A stretch of 64,000 nucleotides of DNA. Origin: an uncultured Acidobacteriota bacterium (lineage in GTDB: Bacteria; Acidobacteriota; Vicinamibacteria; Fen-336). Made by a program: the position numbers and the translations under genes. A model generated the notes under the pieces. It saw nothing but the letters and a program-made list of their open reading frames with translations. It did no database searches and had not been told where the DNA came from. Below, piece by piece: positions 1 through 10,290 of the stretch. Where the stretch lies: positions 61,180-125,179 of the forward strand of contig CAVOYO010000003.1 of NCBI GenBank assembly GCA_963700695.1, written 5' to 3'. The stretch's first letter is position 1. Every line of letters begins with the position of its first letter.

Positions 1-453
1 CCGGCGATGCCGCCGTCCAGGACGGGCTGGCGGAGCTGGCCGCGCCGTGCCCCGGACCGCTTCGCCGTTCGCTTCGGCTACGACGAAGGCGCTCGCTCAC
101 CGGATCATGGCGGGCGCCGACATGTTCCTCATGCCGTCGCGGTCCGAGCCGTGCGGCCTCACCCAGATGTACGCGCTGCGCTACGGCACCGTCCCGATCG
201 TGCGGATCGACCGGAGGGCTCGCGGACACCGTCGAGCCGTACGATCCGACGCACGGGTCGGGGACGGGCTTCCGCTTCGATCACGCCGACGGCACCGGGC
301 TCGTCTGGGCCCTCGACCAGGCCCTCGCGGCCCAGCGGGACGCCGGCGGGCTGGGAGAAGCTGATGCGGAACGGGATGGCCAGGGACTTCTCGTGGGAGC
401 GCTCGGCGCGGGAGTACGTGGCCCTCTACCGCCGAGCCACGGAGAAGGCGTAG
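1..453 (+). CDS. glgA: glycogen/starch synthase, C-terminal fragment (5' end outside window; at least 3 frame changes as assembled)
   Basis: Pieces [14 protein letters not shown] / [38 protein letters not shown] / [24 protein letters not shown] / [33 protein letters not shown] lie in three + frames and together read as a GlgA C-terminus; stop TAG 451-453. Confidence 0.75.
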   Translation, partial: PAMPPSRTGWRSWPRRAPDRFAVRFGYDEGARSPDHGGRRHVPHAVAVRAVRPHPDVRAALRHRPDRADRPEGSRTPSSRTIRRTGRGRASASITPTAPGSSGPSTRPSRPSGTPAGWEKLMRNGMARDFSWERSAREYVALYRRATEKA

Positions 454-1050
454 GTGGTGAGGTCGTCCAGGGCCAGCCGGTTGACGTGGGTGTGCCGCAG
501 GCTCGGGCCATCACCTGCATGAGGTGGACGGCGGCTCGAAGAAGCGTTGGAGTCTTCGCGCCGACTGCTCGATGACGAGCCTTCGGCGCAGGTCGGCTTC
601 TGAGTGGCGATGCCGACCGGGCAGTTGTCGGTGTGGCAGGCTCGCATCGCCAGACAACCGATGGCCTGGATGGCGGCGTTCGACACCGCGATGCCGTCGG
701 CGCCCAGGGCCAGCGCCTTCACGAAGTCCGCGGGGACCCTCAGCCCCCCGGTGACGATCAACGTGACCTGTCGTTGGCCCAGGCGGTCCAGGTGCCGACG
801 CGCGCGGGCGAGGGCCGGGATGGTCGGCACCGAGATGTTGTCCCGGAAGATGAGTGGAGCCGCGCCGGTGGCGCCTCCGCGCCCGTCCAGGATGACCTAG
901 TCGACCCCGACGCCGAGGGCGGCGTCGATGTCCTTCTCGACGTGCTGGGCGGAGAGCTTCACCCCGATCGGGATCCCTCCGGTGGCCTCGCGAACCACGA
1001 CCGCGAATTCGCGGTGCTGGTCGAGATGCTCCCAATCGGGAAAGCGTGGC
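426..1050 (-). pseudogene. FMN-dependent glutamate synthase-related protein (GltB domain-2 family), C-terminal remnant of about 200 aa, frameshifted
   Basis: EFAVVVREATGGIPIGVKLSAQHVEKDIDAALGVGVD ... VPTIPALARARRHLDRLGQRQVTLIVTGGLRVPADFVKALALGADGIAVSNAAIQAIGCLAMRACHTDNCPVGIATQKP ... LVIEQSARRLQRFFE. The N-terminal half expected for this family is absent; homology stops about 100 nt from the divergent trxA start. Confidence 0.55.
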
Positions 1051-1162
1051 GGTGAGACCGCCGGCAACGGTCGCGGGCCCCGTGCCCTTCCCGCCGCCGC
1101 GACTACGGGGCACGGGCGGGGTATCCTCGGGGTCGAACGCAACCGAGAGCGAGGGGAGTGCA

Positions 1163-1489
1163 ATGTCCGGAGGCATCGAGGTGTTCACCGATCAGAACTG
1201 GCAGCAGGAGGTGATGGAGTCGTCCACGCCGGTGCTCGTGGACTTCTGGGCCGAGTGGTGCGCCCCCTGCAAGGCGATGGTGCCGGACCTCGAGGCCATC
1301 GCCGGCGAGTACGCCGGGCGCGTGCGCGTGGGGAAGCTGAACGTCGAGGAGAACCAGCAGGTGCCGTTTCAGTACCACATCACCGCCATGCCGACGCTGA
1401 TCGTCCTCAAGGGCGGTCAGGTGGCCGAGCAGCGCGTCGGCAAGATGAGCCGCGCCCAGCTCGCGAAGCTCCTCGATCCGATCGTCTAG
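1163..1489 (+). CDS. trxA: thioredoxin
   Basis: [39 protein letters not shown]... with WCAPC active site; 108 aa; ATG at 1163 inside ORF 1046..1489. Confidence 0.92.
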   Translation: MSGGIEVFTDQNWQQEVMESSTPVLVDFWAEWCAPCKAMVPDLEAIAGEYAGRVRVGKLNVEENQQVPFQYHITAMPTLIVLKGGQVAEQRVGKMSRAQLAKLLDPIV

Positions 1490-3157
1490 AGCATGGGGAT
1501 CCGGACGCCGCGCTCGCGGGCGACCTCGATCGCGCGCTCGTAGCCGGCGTCGACGTGGCGCATGACCCCGGTGCCCGGGTCGGTCGTCAGCACGCGCTCG
1601 AGGCGCTCGGCGGCCTCGTCGGTCCCGTCCGCGACCACGACCATGCCCGCGTGGATCGCGTAGCCCATCCCGACGCCGCCGCCGTGGTGCACCGAGACCC
1701 AGGTGGCGCCCGCCACCGCGTTGAGCAGCGCGTTGAGGATCGGCCAGTCGGCGACGGCATCGGAGCCGTCCCGCATCGCCTCGGTTTCGCGGTTGGGTGA
1801 TGCGACCGAGCCGGCGTCGAGGTGGTCGCGTCCGATCACGATCGGGCGCCTTCACCCGCCCGCTACGAACGAGGTCGTTGAAGACCAGGCCCATCTTCGC
1901 CCGCTCGCCGTAGCCGAGCCAGCAGATCCGGCAGGGCAGGCCCTGCGGCTTCACCCTCTCGCGGGCCAGGGTGATCCAGCGGGCGAGGGCCTCGTCCTCG
2001 GGGAAGGTGGCGAGCACGGCGTCGTCGGTGGCGGCGAGGTCGTCCATGTCGCCCGAGAGGCACGCCCAGCGGAACGGGCCCTTCCCCTCGCAGAACAGCG
2101 GTCGGATGTAGGCGGGCACGAAGCCGGGGAAGTCGAAGGCGTTCTCGACCCCGGCCTTCTGCGCCTCGGCGCGGATGTTGTTGCCGTAGTCGAAGACGAC
2201 CGACCCTCGCTCCTTGAGGGCGAGCATGGCCCGCACGTGCTCGCCCATGCTGCGGCGGGCCTCGGCCATGTACTTCGTGGGATCTTCCGTCGCGCAGCTC
2301 GAGCGCCTCGTCGTAGGTCATGCCGTTCGGGACGTAGCCGTTGAGCGGGTCGTGGGCGCTCGTCTGGTCGGTGACGAGGTCGGGCACGGACGCCCCGGCG
2401 CACCAGCTCGGGGAGGACGTCGGCCGCGTTGCCGAGGAGACCGATCGAGAGCGGCCGGCCCTCGTCGGCGGCCTCGCGGGCCTGGGCGAGGGCCTCGTCG
2501 AGGCTCTCCGTCATCACGTCGAGGTAGCGCCGTCTCGAGGCGCCGCTCGATCCGGTGGCGGTCGACCTCGACCGCGATCATCACGCCCTCGTTCATGGTG
2601 GCGGCGAGGGGCTGCGCGCCGCCCATGCCGCCGAGTCCGGCGGTGACCACCAGACGCCCCTTGAGGCTCGCCGCCGAAGTGCTGTCGGGCGGCCTCGGCG
2701 AAGGTCTCGTAGGTGCCCTGGAGGATCCCCTGCGTGCCGATGTAGATCCACGAGCCCGCGGTCATCTGGCCGAACATCATCAGGCCCTTGCGGTCGAGCT
2801 CGTAGAAGTGCTCCCACGTGGCCCACGCCGGGACGAGCATCGAGTTCGAGATCAGGACCCGCGGGGCGTCGGCGTGCGTCCGGAAGACGCCGACCGGCTT
2901 GCCGGACTGGACGAGGAGCGTCTCGTCGTTCCCGAGCGATCGCAGCGAGCGCACGATGGCGTCGTAGCACTCCCAGTTGCGGGCGGCCTTGCCGATCCCG
3001 CCGTAGACGACCAGGTCCTGCGGGCCGCTCTGCCGACCTCGGGGTCCAGGTTGTTCATGAGCATGCGCAGCGCCGCCTCCTGCTGCCAGGACTTGCAGGA
3101 GAGGGTGGTGCCGCGCGGGGCGCGGATGGTGCGGGGCGTCGTGGTCACATCAGCCAT
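1486..3157 (-). CDS. hutU: urocanate hydratase (at least 6 frame changes as assembled)
   Basis: Collinear fragments in three minus frames: [41 protein letters not shown] / [46 protein letters not shown] / [27 protein letters not shown] / [22 protein letters not shown] / [20 protein letters not shown] / [43 protein letters not shown] / [25 protein letters not shown]. Total span about 557 codons. Confidence 0.88.
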
Positions 3158-3175
3158 CTGGGCTCCTCGGTGTCG

Positions 3176-3466
3176 TCATCTCCGTCGATCTTCGGCGGGC
3201 GGTCCGTTCGCCCACCTCGTGCAAGACGCGGAACCACCTCTGGGGACCGGTCCTCTTGCGGGGACCGGGGAGGCGCGAGTCTGCCACCACCTCTCCAGCC
3301 AGCCCGCGAGCAGGAGGAGGATCGCCCCGGCCCCGAGGAGGAAGGGCCAGGTCTGGCGCAGGCCAAAACGCGCGCCCGCCGCGACCAGGGGGAGGCCGAC
3401 GAGGGCGAGCAGGAGTGCGCCCGCTACCCAGGGGGCGCGCCGGCGCAGCTTGGACAAGGACGTCAT
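3176..3466 (-). CDS. hypothetical small membrane protein (96 aa)
   Basis: MTSLSKLRRRAPWVAGALLLALVGLPLVAAGARFGLRQTWPFLLGAGAILLLLAGWLERWW: two hydrophobic helices between hutU and hutH. No family recognised, weak RBS. Confidence 0.3.
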   Translation of the reverse strand: MTSLSKLRRRAPWVAGALLLALVGLPLVAAGARFGLRQTWPFLLGAGAILLLLAGWLERWWQTRASPVPARGPVPRGGSASCTRWANGPPAEDRRR

Positions 3467-3482
3467 CGGGAGGGGTGCCTCT

Positions 3483-5037
3483 TCACCCCTCCAGCCTACC
3501 GCAGACCGCCTCGGCGGCGGCGAGAACGTCGCCCGAGGCGACCAGGACGGCGGCGGCCTCGATGTCGGGGCTGACCACGCGGTCGCGCTCTCGGGCCGCG
3601 ACCTGTGTCCGCAGCCGGGCATGGACCGCCTCGAGGGCGGGCGAGGAGCGCAGGGGGCGGCGGAACTCGAGCGCCTCGGCCGCGGCGACGAGCTCGATGG
3701 CGAGCACCCGCCGCGTGTTCGCCACCACCAGCGCCGCCTTGTGGGCGGCGGTCACTCCCATCGAGACGTGGTCCTCCTTGCCCGCCGAGGTGGGGATGGA
3801 GTCGACGCTGGCCGGGTGGGCGAGGGCCTTGCTCTCGGACGCGAGGGCCGCCGCCGTGACGTGCGCCATCATCAGGCCCGAGTGCAGGCCGCCCTCGCGC
3901 GCGAGGAAGGCGGGCAGCCCGGACAGGGCGGGATTGACCAGCCGCTCGCGTGCGCCGCTCGCTGATGGCCCCGAGCTCGGCGGCGGCGATGGCGAGGAGG
4001 TCGGCGGCGATCGCCACCGGCTGGCCGTGGAAGTTGCCGCCGGAGAGGATGTCTCCGCTCTCGGCGAACACCATCGGGTTGTCGGTGGCGGAGTTCATCT
4101 CGACGCTCACCGTCCGCGCGACGAAGTCGAGGGCGTCGCGCAGGGCCCCGTGGACCTGGGGCATGCAGCGCAGGCTGTAGGCGTCCTGGACCTGCCGGGC
4201 AGTCCTGGTGCGAGGCGCGGATCGCGCTCCCCTCGAGGAGGCGCCGAAGACACCGTGCCGAGGCGGCCTGTCCCGGGTGGGGACGCGCGGCGTGGATGCG
4301 CTCGTCGAAGGCGACGTCGGTTCCCTGGAGCGCGTCGAGGGTCAGGGCCCCCACCACGTCGGCGGTGCGAGCGAGGCGCTGGGCCTCGGCGAGGGCGAGC
4401 CCGGTCACCGCGGTCATCAGCTGCGTTCCGTTGATGAGGGCCAGGCCCTCCTTGGGTTCCAGGGTCACCGGGGCGAGGCCGGCCGCCCGCAGCGCCGCCG
4501 CGCCGGCGAGGCGTCGGCCTTCGAAGGTGCACTCGCCCTCGCCCACGAGGGGGAGCGCGAGGTGGGCGAGGGGGGCCAGGTCTCCGCTCGCCCCGACCGA
4601 GCCCGCGCGAGGGCACCACCGGATGCACGCCGCGGTTGAGCATGGCGACCAGCAGCTCCAGCGTCTCGAGGCGGATGCCCGAGAAGCCCTTGGCCAGGAC
4701 GTTGGCGCGGAGGAGCATCAGGGCCCGGGTCTCCGGCGTCGCCGAGAGGGTCGCCGACGCCCGCGGCGTGGCTGCGCACGAGGTTGAGCTGCAGCTCCCG
4801 GAGGCGGTCGAGCGGGATGTGGACGTCGGCGAAGTTGCCGAAGCCGGTGGTGACGCCGTAGACGACCGCCCCGCGCGCCACGGCATCGTCGACGATGCGG
4901 CGGGAGGCGCGGACGGCCTCCCTGGCCGCGGGAGCGAGGGTCACCGGACGTCCCTGGCGCGACACCGCCTCGAGAGCGGGGAGGTCGAGCCCACCGCCGT
5001 CGATGGCCAGCGGCTCGATCTCGTTCTTCGGGCTCAT
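3483..5037 (-). CDS. hutH: histidine ammonia-lyase (at least 4 frame changes as assembled)
   Basis: Collinear fragments: [18 protein letters not shown]...[14 protein letters not shown] / [38 protein letters not shown] / [23 protein letters not shown] / [33 protein letters not shown]...GNFHGQPVA / [15 protein letters not shown]. Span about 518 codons. Confidence 0.88.
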
Positions 5038-5143
5038 ACGGGCAGGAGAAGCGGCCGCAATATAGCACGCGCTCCCGACACCTTGCCCCTCCGGGGGGCG
5101 GCGGCTAGAATCAGTGTTTCACTGGCCGGAACGAGAGGTGGGG

Positions 5144-5489
5144 ATGTCCGACTGGACGATGGCGACGTTGCAGCTGCGCGGGAAGGTCCGGCGCTTCGTG
5201 CAGACGACCGTCCAGCGCGAAGACACCCAGGCCCTGCTCGACAAGCGCCAAGGGGAGTGCAACCGCTGCGGGGCGTGCTGCAAGATCCTGTTCCGCTGCC
5301 CGTTCCTGGACACCGACGCCGATGGCCAGTACACCTGTCGCATCTACGCGATGCGATTCTCCCAGTGTCGGCTCTTCCCGCTCCACGCCGCGGGACCTGC
5401 GCGAGCTCGGGGAGGAGTGCAGCTACACGTTTGAGGCCGAGCCGTTGATTCCGGCGCCCGGTGCGACGCCGGAGCCCGCCCTCGAGTAA
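5144..5489 (+). CDS. YkgJ/UPF0153-family zinc/iron-chelating Cys-cluster protein (one frameshift near 5384)
   Basis: ECNRCGACCKILFRCPFL...YTCRIYAMRFSQCRLFP has the CxxCxxCC plus distal Cys pattern of this family. Deleting one C at 5383-5384 continues as TPRDLRELGEECSYTFEAEP... to TAA 5487-5489. Confidence 0.6.
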
Positions 5490-5513
5490 GCTCGGGCCTC
5501 GACGGCTCCAGCA

Positions 5514-6822
5514 ATGCCCAACATCGTGATCGTCGGCGCCCAGTGGGGCGACGAAGGCAAAGGCAAGGTCGTGGACCTGCTGACTCCCCGGGTGCAGGTC
5601 GTGGCCCGCTACAACGGGGGCCACAACGCCGGACACACGGTGATCGTCGGGGGGAAGAAGTTCATCCTCCACGTCATCCCCTCGGGGATACTGCACCCTG
5701 GCGTCCTGTGCGTCGCCGGGAACGGCATGGTCATCAATCCCGCCGCCTTCGAGCGCGAGAAGACGGAGCTCGAGGAGCTCGGTGTCGAGGTTGGCGAGGA
5801 CCTCGTGATCTCCGACCGGGTGCACCTGATCCTGCCCCACCACTACGCCCTCGAAGCGCTCTCGGAGGAGCAGCGGGGGAGCCGCGCGCTCGGCACGACG
5901 CTGCGGGGCACCGGGCCGGCCTACGAGGACAAGGTGGGCCGCCGCGGAGTGACCATGGGGGATCTGCCTGCGTCCCGACTCCCTCGACGAGAAGCTGGCA
6001 GAGGCACGGCGGCACTACGAGGCCCTCTTCCGCGGGGCGGGGCGGGAGCCCGAGGTCGACTGGGGGCGTGTCATCGCCGATCTCGTGGCCTTCGGGGAGC
6101 GGCACCGGAGCCAGATCAAGGACGCGTCGCTCGTACTTCACGAGCAGATGGCCCGGGGGTACTCGATCCTCTTCGAGGGGGCACAGGCCACTCTCCTCGA
6201 CGTCGACCACGGCACCTACCCCTTCGTGACGAGCTCGTCGGCGACGGCGGGAGGGGTGGCGGTCGGAGCCGGGGTGCCACCCGTCGAGCATCGACGGCGT
6301 CCTGGGCGTGGCCAAGGCCTACTGCACGCGGGTCGGAACCGGGCCCTTCCCGAGCGAGGCCGAGGAGGCCGCGGCGGAGGCCCTGCGCGCCCGGGGGAAG
6401 GAGTACGGGGCGACGACCGGCCGGCCTCGACGCTGCGGCTGGTTCGACGCAGTCGCGGCACGATACGCGACGCGGCTGAACGGCTTCGACACCCTCGCCC
6501 TGACGAAGCTCGACGTGCTCGACGAGCTCGACGAGATCCCGGTGTGCGCCGCCTACCGCTTCGAGGGGGAGACGCTCGACCGAGTTCCCGTCCGACCTGT
6601 CGGTGCTCGAGCGCTGCGAGCCCGTGTTCGAGAACGCTCCCGGGGTGGAAGGCGCCGACCTCCGGCGCGCGGGAGTGGGATCAGCTGCCGGCGGCGGCAC
6701 GCGGCTACGTCGAGCGCCTCTCGGAGCTCGTGGGGACCGAGGTGGGGATCGTGTCGACGGGCCCCGACCGCGAGGAAACGGTCATCCGCGGCCAGAGCGC
6801 CCTGGCGTCGTGGTTTTCGTAG
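5514..6822 (+). CDS. purA: adenylosuccinate synthetase (at least 3 frame changes as assembled)
   Basis: [23 protein letters not shown]...[11 protein letters not shown] / [25 protein letters not shown] / [16 protein letters not shown]...[16 protein letters not shown]...[10 protein letters not shown] / [13 protein letters not shown]; about 436 codons. Confidence 0.92.
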
Positions 6823-6834
6823 CTCCGATCGTTG

Positions 6835-7135
6835 CGACCTGACACGCGAGCCCCTCGCTATCCCTCCCCACGTGGGGAGGGGAAGCTTGACGATCAGGCC
6901 TCGCGACACCCGCGTGTCCTCACGACACGCGGGCGACGCAAGGCCTGGTGGCCAGCCGCATCTCGTTGCACGGCCCCCCAGCGTATCCCTCCCCACGTAG
7001 GTAGGGGGGACGCGAAGTCGAGCTTGCGAGACGAGCGTCGACTCCCGAGTGTAAGTCGCGACGCGCAAGCGTCGCCTCCTATTCCTCTGCCCCCACCCTG
7101 TCCCTCTCCGCGTAGGGCCCCTACGGGCGCGTGCT
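6835..7135 (+). repeat. intergenic modular repeat cluster, locus 1 (X unit + Y unit + degenerate tail)
   Basis: Contains the 20-bp palindrome CCCTCCCCACGTGGGGAGGG (6862-6881), a CGCGTGTC...GACACGCG hairpin, GGCCTGGTGGCCAG, a second TATCCCTCCCCACGTAGG head, GTCGAGCTTGCGAGACGAGCGTCGAC and the hairpin GCGACGC-GCAA-GCGTCGC (7058-7075). Near-identical modules recur at 25.5, 28.6, 33.8 and 49.7-50.1 kb. Confidence 0.9.
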
Positions 7136-7187
7136 AACATGCCTCCGGTCGGGCCGCCCGGACTCTCACCCGGGCATCCCAGGGCCC

Positions 7188-7262
7188 GCGCCCGTAGCTC
7201 AATGGTAGAGCGAGAGCCTTTTAAGCTCGAGGTTGTAGGTTCGAGTCCTACCGGGCGCACCA
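7188..7262 (+). tRNA. tRNA-Lys (anticodon UUU)
   Basis: GCGCCCG TA GCTC AATGGTA GAGC G AGAGC CTTTTAA GCTCG AGGTT GTAGG TTCGAGT CCTAC CGGGCGC A CCA folds as a cloverleaf; 75 nt, encoded CCA. Confidence 0.9.
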
Positions 7263-7422
7263 GTAGCGCAGGGGGACGTCGGCACTTCTGCCGTCCCGTC
7301 ACCGTCGATCGCAAATCTTGCGCTCGTTCGTGTGCTCATGCCCTCTATGCCGTTGATTCATGGCGCAGAAGGGCGTGGCGAGGAGTTTGCATCCTTTGAG
7401 CGCTGGAAAGGGGTCAAAGAGC

Positions 7423-8848
7423 ATGCCCACGACTGTGGAGAGGCCCAAGCCTTTCCTCCTGCCGCAGTTCTGCAAGGGGTGTGGCCGCTGCATCGAGGCC
7501 TGCGCCAAGCACTGCATCGAGCCCGGCACCGAGGTCGAACCCGGAGACCGGGTTGATCCCGGTGGTGTTCGACCTCGAGGACGTGCTCGGCCTGCGGGCT
7601 CTGCATGAGCGCCTGTCCCGAGCCCTACGGGCTCGCGCCGCAGCCGGAGTCCGAGCTTCGAGCTGGAGGACCCGGCCGCGCTCTTCGGTCCGCGCGCGAC
7701 CCCGCCGGAGAAGCCCGAGACGATCCCGGACACACGGGTGCCGCTCCCGGCGACCGCGGCCCCTGGTCGTCAAGGGGACCTACGCGTCGGCGATCGGCGC
7801 GCTGCTGGCCGGCTGCCGACACTTCTTCGGCTACCCGATCACCCCGTCGACGGAGGGCGCGGAGCTGATGGCCCAGCTCCTGCCCGGAGCTCGACGGTGT
7901 CTTCGTGCAGGCGGTGAGCGAGGTGGCCACCGTCAACATGATGTACGGCTGCGGCGGCGCGGGCCTGCGGGCCATGACCTTCACCTCGTCGCCGGGCTTC
8001 AGCCTGATGCTGGAGGGCATCTCGCTACATGGTCGGGGCCGGAGGTCCCCGGGCGTCTTCGTCAACGTGATGCGCGGCGGGCCGGGCCTCGGCAACATCG
8101 CGCCCGGAGCAGGCGGACATCAAGCTGGCCTGCCGCGGCCTCGGGCCACGGCAACACCCACGGCATCGTCCTGACCCCGTCGACGCCGCAGGAGATGCTC
8201 GACCTGACGATGCTGGCCTTCGACCTCGCCTTCCGCTACCGCAACCCGGTGGTGCTTGCTGTGCGACGGCTACCTCGGCCAGATGACCGGCAAGGTCGAG
8301 CTCCCGAAGACGATGGTGGTGCCCGGGCTCCCGGAGTGGGCCGTCTCGGGCGACCGGGCCCACCGCCGCAACCTCATCTCCTCGATCCAGCTCTCGGAGC
8401 CGACCTCGAGGAGCACAACGAGCACCTCGAGCGCAAGTACGCCGAGATCGCGGCAAACGAGCAGCGGGCCGATCTCTTCCGTTGCGAGGACGCAGAGATA
8501 CTGGTCGTGGCCTGCAACACACCGGCGCGGATGGCCAAGGGAGCGGTCGAGACGCTCCGCGCGCGAGGGATCAAGGCGGGGCTCTTCCGCCCCCTCACCC
8601 TGTGGCCGTTCCCGGTGCGCACATCCAGAAGGCTGCTCGGGGGCGCCCAGCGGGTCGTCGTCGTCGAGGCGTCGAGCGGTGGCCAGCTCGAGGACGAGCT
8701 CCGGCTGAGCCTCAGCAAGGCCGGCCTCGCCCACCCGCCGATCGAGAACGTCCGCCACTCCGGCGGGGTCCTGCCCCAGCAGACCGAGATCGTCGAGCGG
8801 GTGACCGCTCCCCGGGCCGCGCGCCGGGAGGAGGGGGTGCCGGCATGA
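7423..8848 (+). CDS. 2-oxoacid:ferredoxin oxidoreductase, fused ferredoxin(delta)/alpha subunit (multiple frame changes as assembled)
   Basis: N-terminal 2x[4Fe-4S] motifs [15 protein letters not shown] and (shifted frame) [14 protein letters not shown]. Then [36 protein letters not shown] / [37 protein letters not shown] / [31 protein letters not shown] / [39 protein letters not shown]. Confidence 0.85.
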
Positions 8849-9681
8849 GCGTCTTCTACGACCGCTTCGAGCGGCACGACCACGCGCGAGGCCTCAAGGG
8901 CCAGAGCACCCACTACTGCCCGGGATGCGGGCACGGCCTGGCCCACAAGTACCTCGCCGAGGCGATCGAGGAGCTCGACGTGCAGGACCGGACCATCGCG
9001 ATCTCGCCGGTCGGGTGCAGCGTCTTTCTCTACTACTACCTCGACGTCGGGCAACTCGCAGGCGGCGCACGGCCGCGCCCCCGCGGTGGCGCTCGGGCCA
9101 CAAGCTCGCCAATCCCGAGTCGATCGTCATCAGCTACCAGGGCGACGGCGACCTCGCCTCGATCGGCCTCGCCGAGATCATGAGCGTGGCCCAGCTCGGG
9201 ATCCCGATCACCGTCATCTTCGTCAACAACGCGATCTACGGGATGACCGGCGGGCAGATGGCCCCGACGACCCTGCATGGGCCAGAAGACCAGCACGAGT
9301 CCCTACGGGCGCGACCCGCTTCACCGGCGAGCCCATGAAGGTGGCGGAGCTCATGGCCACCCTCGACGGGCCGGTCTACGTCGAGCGGGTGGCCCTCTTC
9401 GACTCGAAGCGTCGGGTCAAGGCGGCGAAGGCGATCAAGAAGGGCATCCGCCTGCAGGTCGAGAACAAGGGGCTTCTCCTTCGTCGAGGTCCTCGCCGAG
9501 TGTCCGACGCACCTCAAGATGACGCCGCTCGAGGCGGAGCAGTGGGTGAAGGAGCAGATGCTCCCGATCTTCCCGCTCGGCGTCAAGAAGGACGCGGTGC
9601 CCGAGGACGGCTGGCCGCTCCCGTCGACGGCCGAGCTTCGAGCCCGGCACCAGTGGCCGAGGCCATCGGCAGCACCGGTGA
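8845..9681 (+). CDS. 2-oxoacid:ferredoxin oxidoreductase beta (TPP-binding) subunit (frameshifted; 3' end approximate)
   Basis: [44 protein letters not shown] / SIVISYQGDGDLASIGLAEIMSVAQLGIPITVIFVNNAIYGMTGGQMAPTT / VYVERVALFDSKRRVKAAKAIKKG. ATGA overlap with the alpha stop at 8845-8848. Confidence 0.82.
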
Positions 9682-10290
9682 GAGCGCGGCACGCGTTTCT
9701 GCGACGGCTTCCCGCAGACGCCCTACGGGAAGGACATCGCGATCAAGCTCGCCGGGGCCGGAGGCGACGGTGCCCAGACCGCGGCGCTTCTCCTGACGCG
9801 GGCCGCCATCAACGAGGGCTTCGACTCGACCCACATCCCGAGCTACGGCCCCGAGTCGCGCGGGGGCACCTCGTACGCGGACGTGCGCATCGCGCGAGGA
9901 CGAGGTCCTCTCGCCGGCGGCGCCGGAGCCCCACGCTCCTGGTCGCGTTCAACGCGCCGAGCCTGGCGAAGTTCGGGCCCCGGGTCGTCGAGGGCGGCGT
10001 GGTCATCTACGACAGCTCGGTCATCGCCGAGGTGCCGCCGCTGCCGCCGGGGGTGCAAGGTGGTTCCGGTCCCGTTCGCCCAGATCGCGGTCGACCTCGG
10101 GAAGGCCATCGTGAAGAACGTCGTGGCGCTCGGGGCGCTGCAGGAGGCGACACAGATCTTCCCGAAGGAGACTCTCCTCGCCGCCATCCGGCAGGCCCTG
10201 TCCCACAAGTGCGCGCTGATCCCCCTGAACGAGGAGGCCTTCGCGTGGGGCGTCAGGTCCGCGGCCAGTGCCGCGAAGGGGGACTCGTGA
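9682..10290 (+). CDS. 2-oxoacid:ferredoxin oxidoreductase gamma subunit (frameshifted; start not resolved)
   Basis: KDIAIKLAGAGGDGAQTAALLLTRAAINEGFDSTHIPSYGPESRGGTSYADVRIA / LLVAFNAPSLAKFGPRVVEGGVVIYDSS / VVPVPFAQIAVDLGKAIVKNVVALGALQEAT...; stop TGA 10288-10290. Confidence 0.75.
   Translation, partial: ERGTRFCDGFPQTPYGKDIAIKLAGAGGDGAQTAALLLTRAAINEGFDSTHIPSYGPESRGGTSYADVRIARGRGPLAGGAGAPRSWSRSTRRAWRSSGPGSSRAAWSSTTARSSPRCRRCRRGCKVVPVPFAQIAVDLGKAIVKNVVALGALQEATQIFPKETLLAAIRQALSHKCALIPLNEEAFAWGVRSAASAAKGDS

Noticed and set aside
2214-3965. 583-aa plus-strand ORF across hutU/hutH
   Set aside because: It is antisense to hutU and hutH fragments that carry unmistakable family motifs. Its sequence is Arg/Gly/Pro-rich with no domain signature.
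5514-6822. Programmed ribosomal frameshifting or recoding as an explanation for the split genes
   Set aside because: There are far too many breaks (often several per gene, in unrelated genes on both strands). I saw no slippery heptamers, and the resolvable cases are simple one-base run-length differences. Sequencing or assembly error is the parsimonious explanation.
6835-7135. Insertion sequence or autonomous mobile element next to tRNA-Lys
   Set aside because: There is no transposase, integrase or recombinase ORF anywhere in the window. The element has no coding capacity. At most it is a non-autonomous MITE/REP-like repeat, and I found no clear terminal inverted repeats or target-site duplications beyond the recurring TTCATCGACC boundary string.
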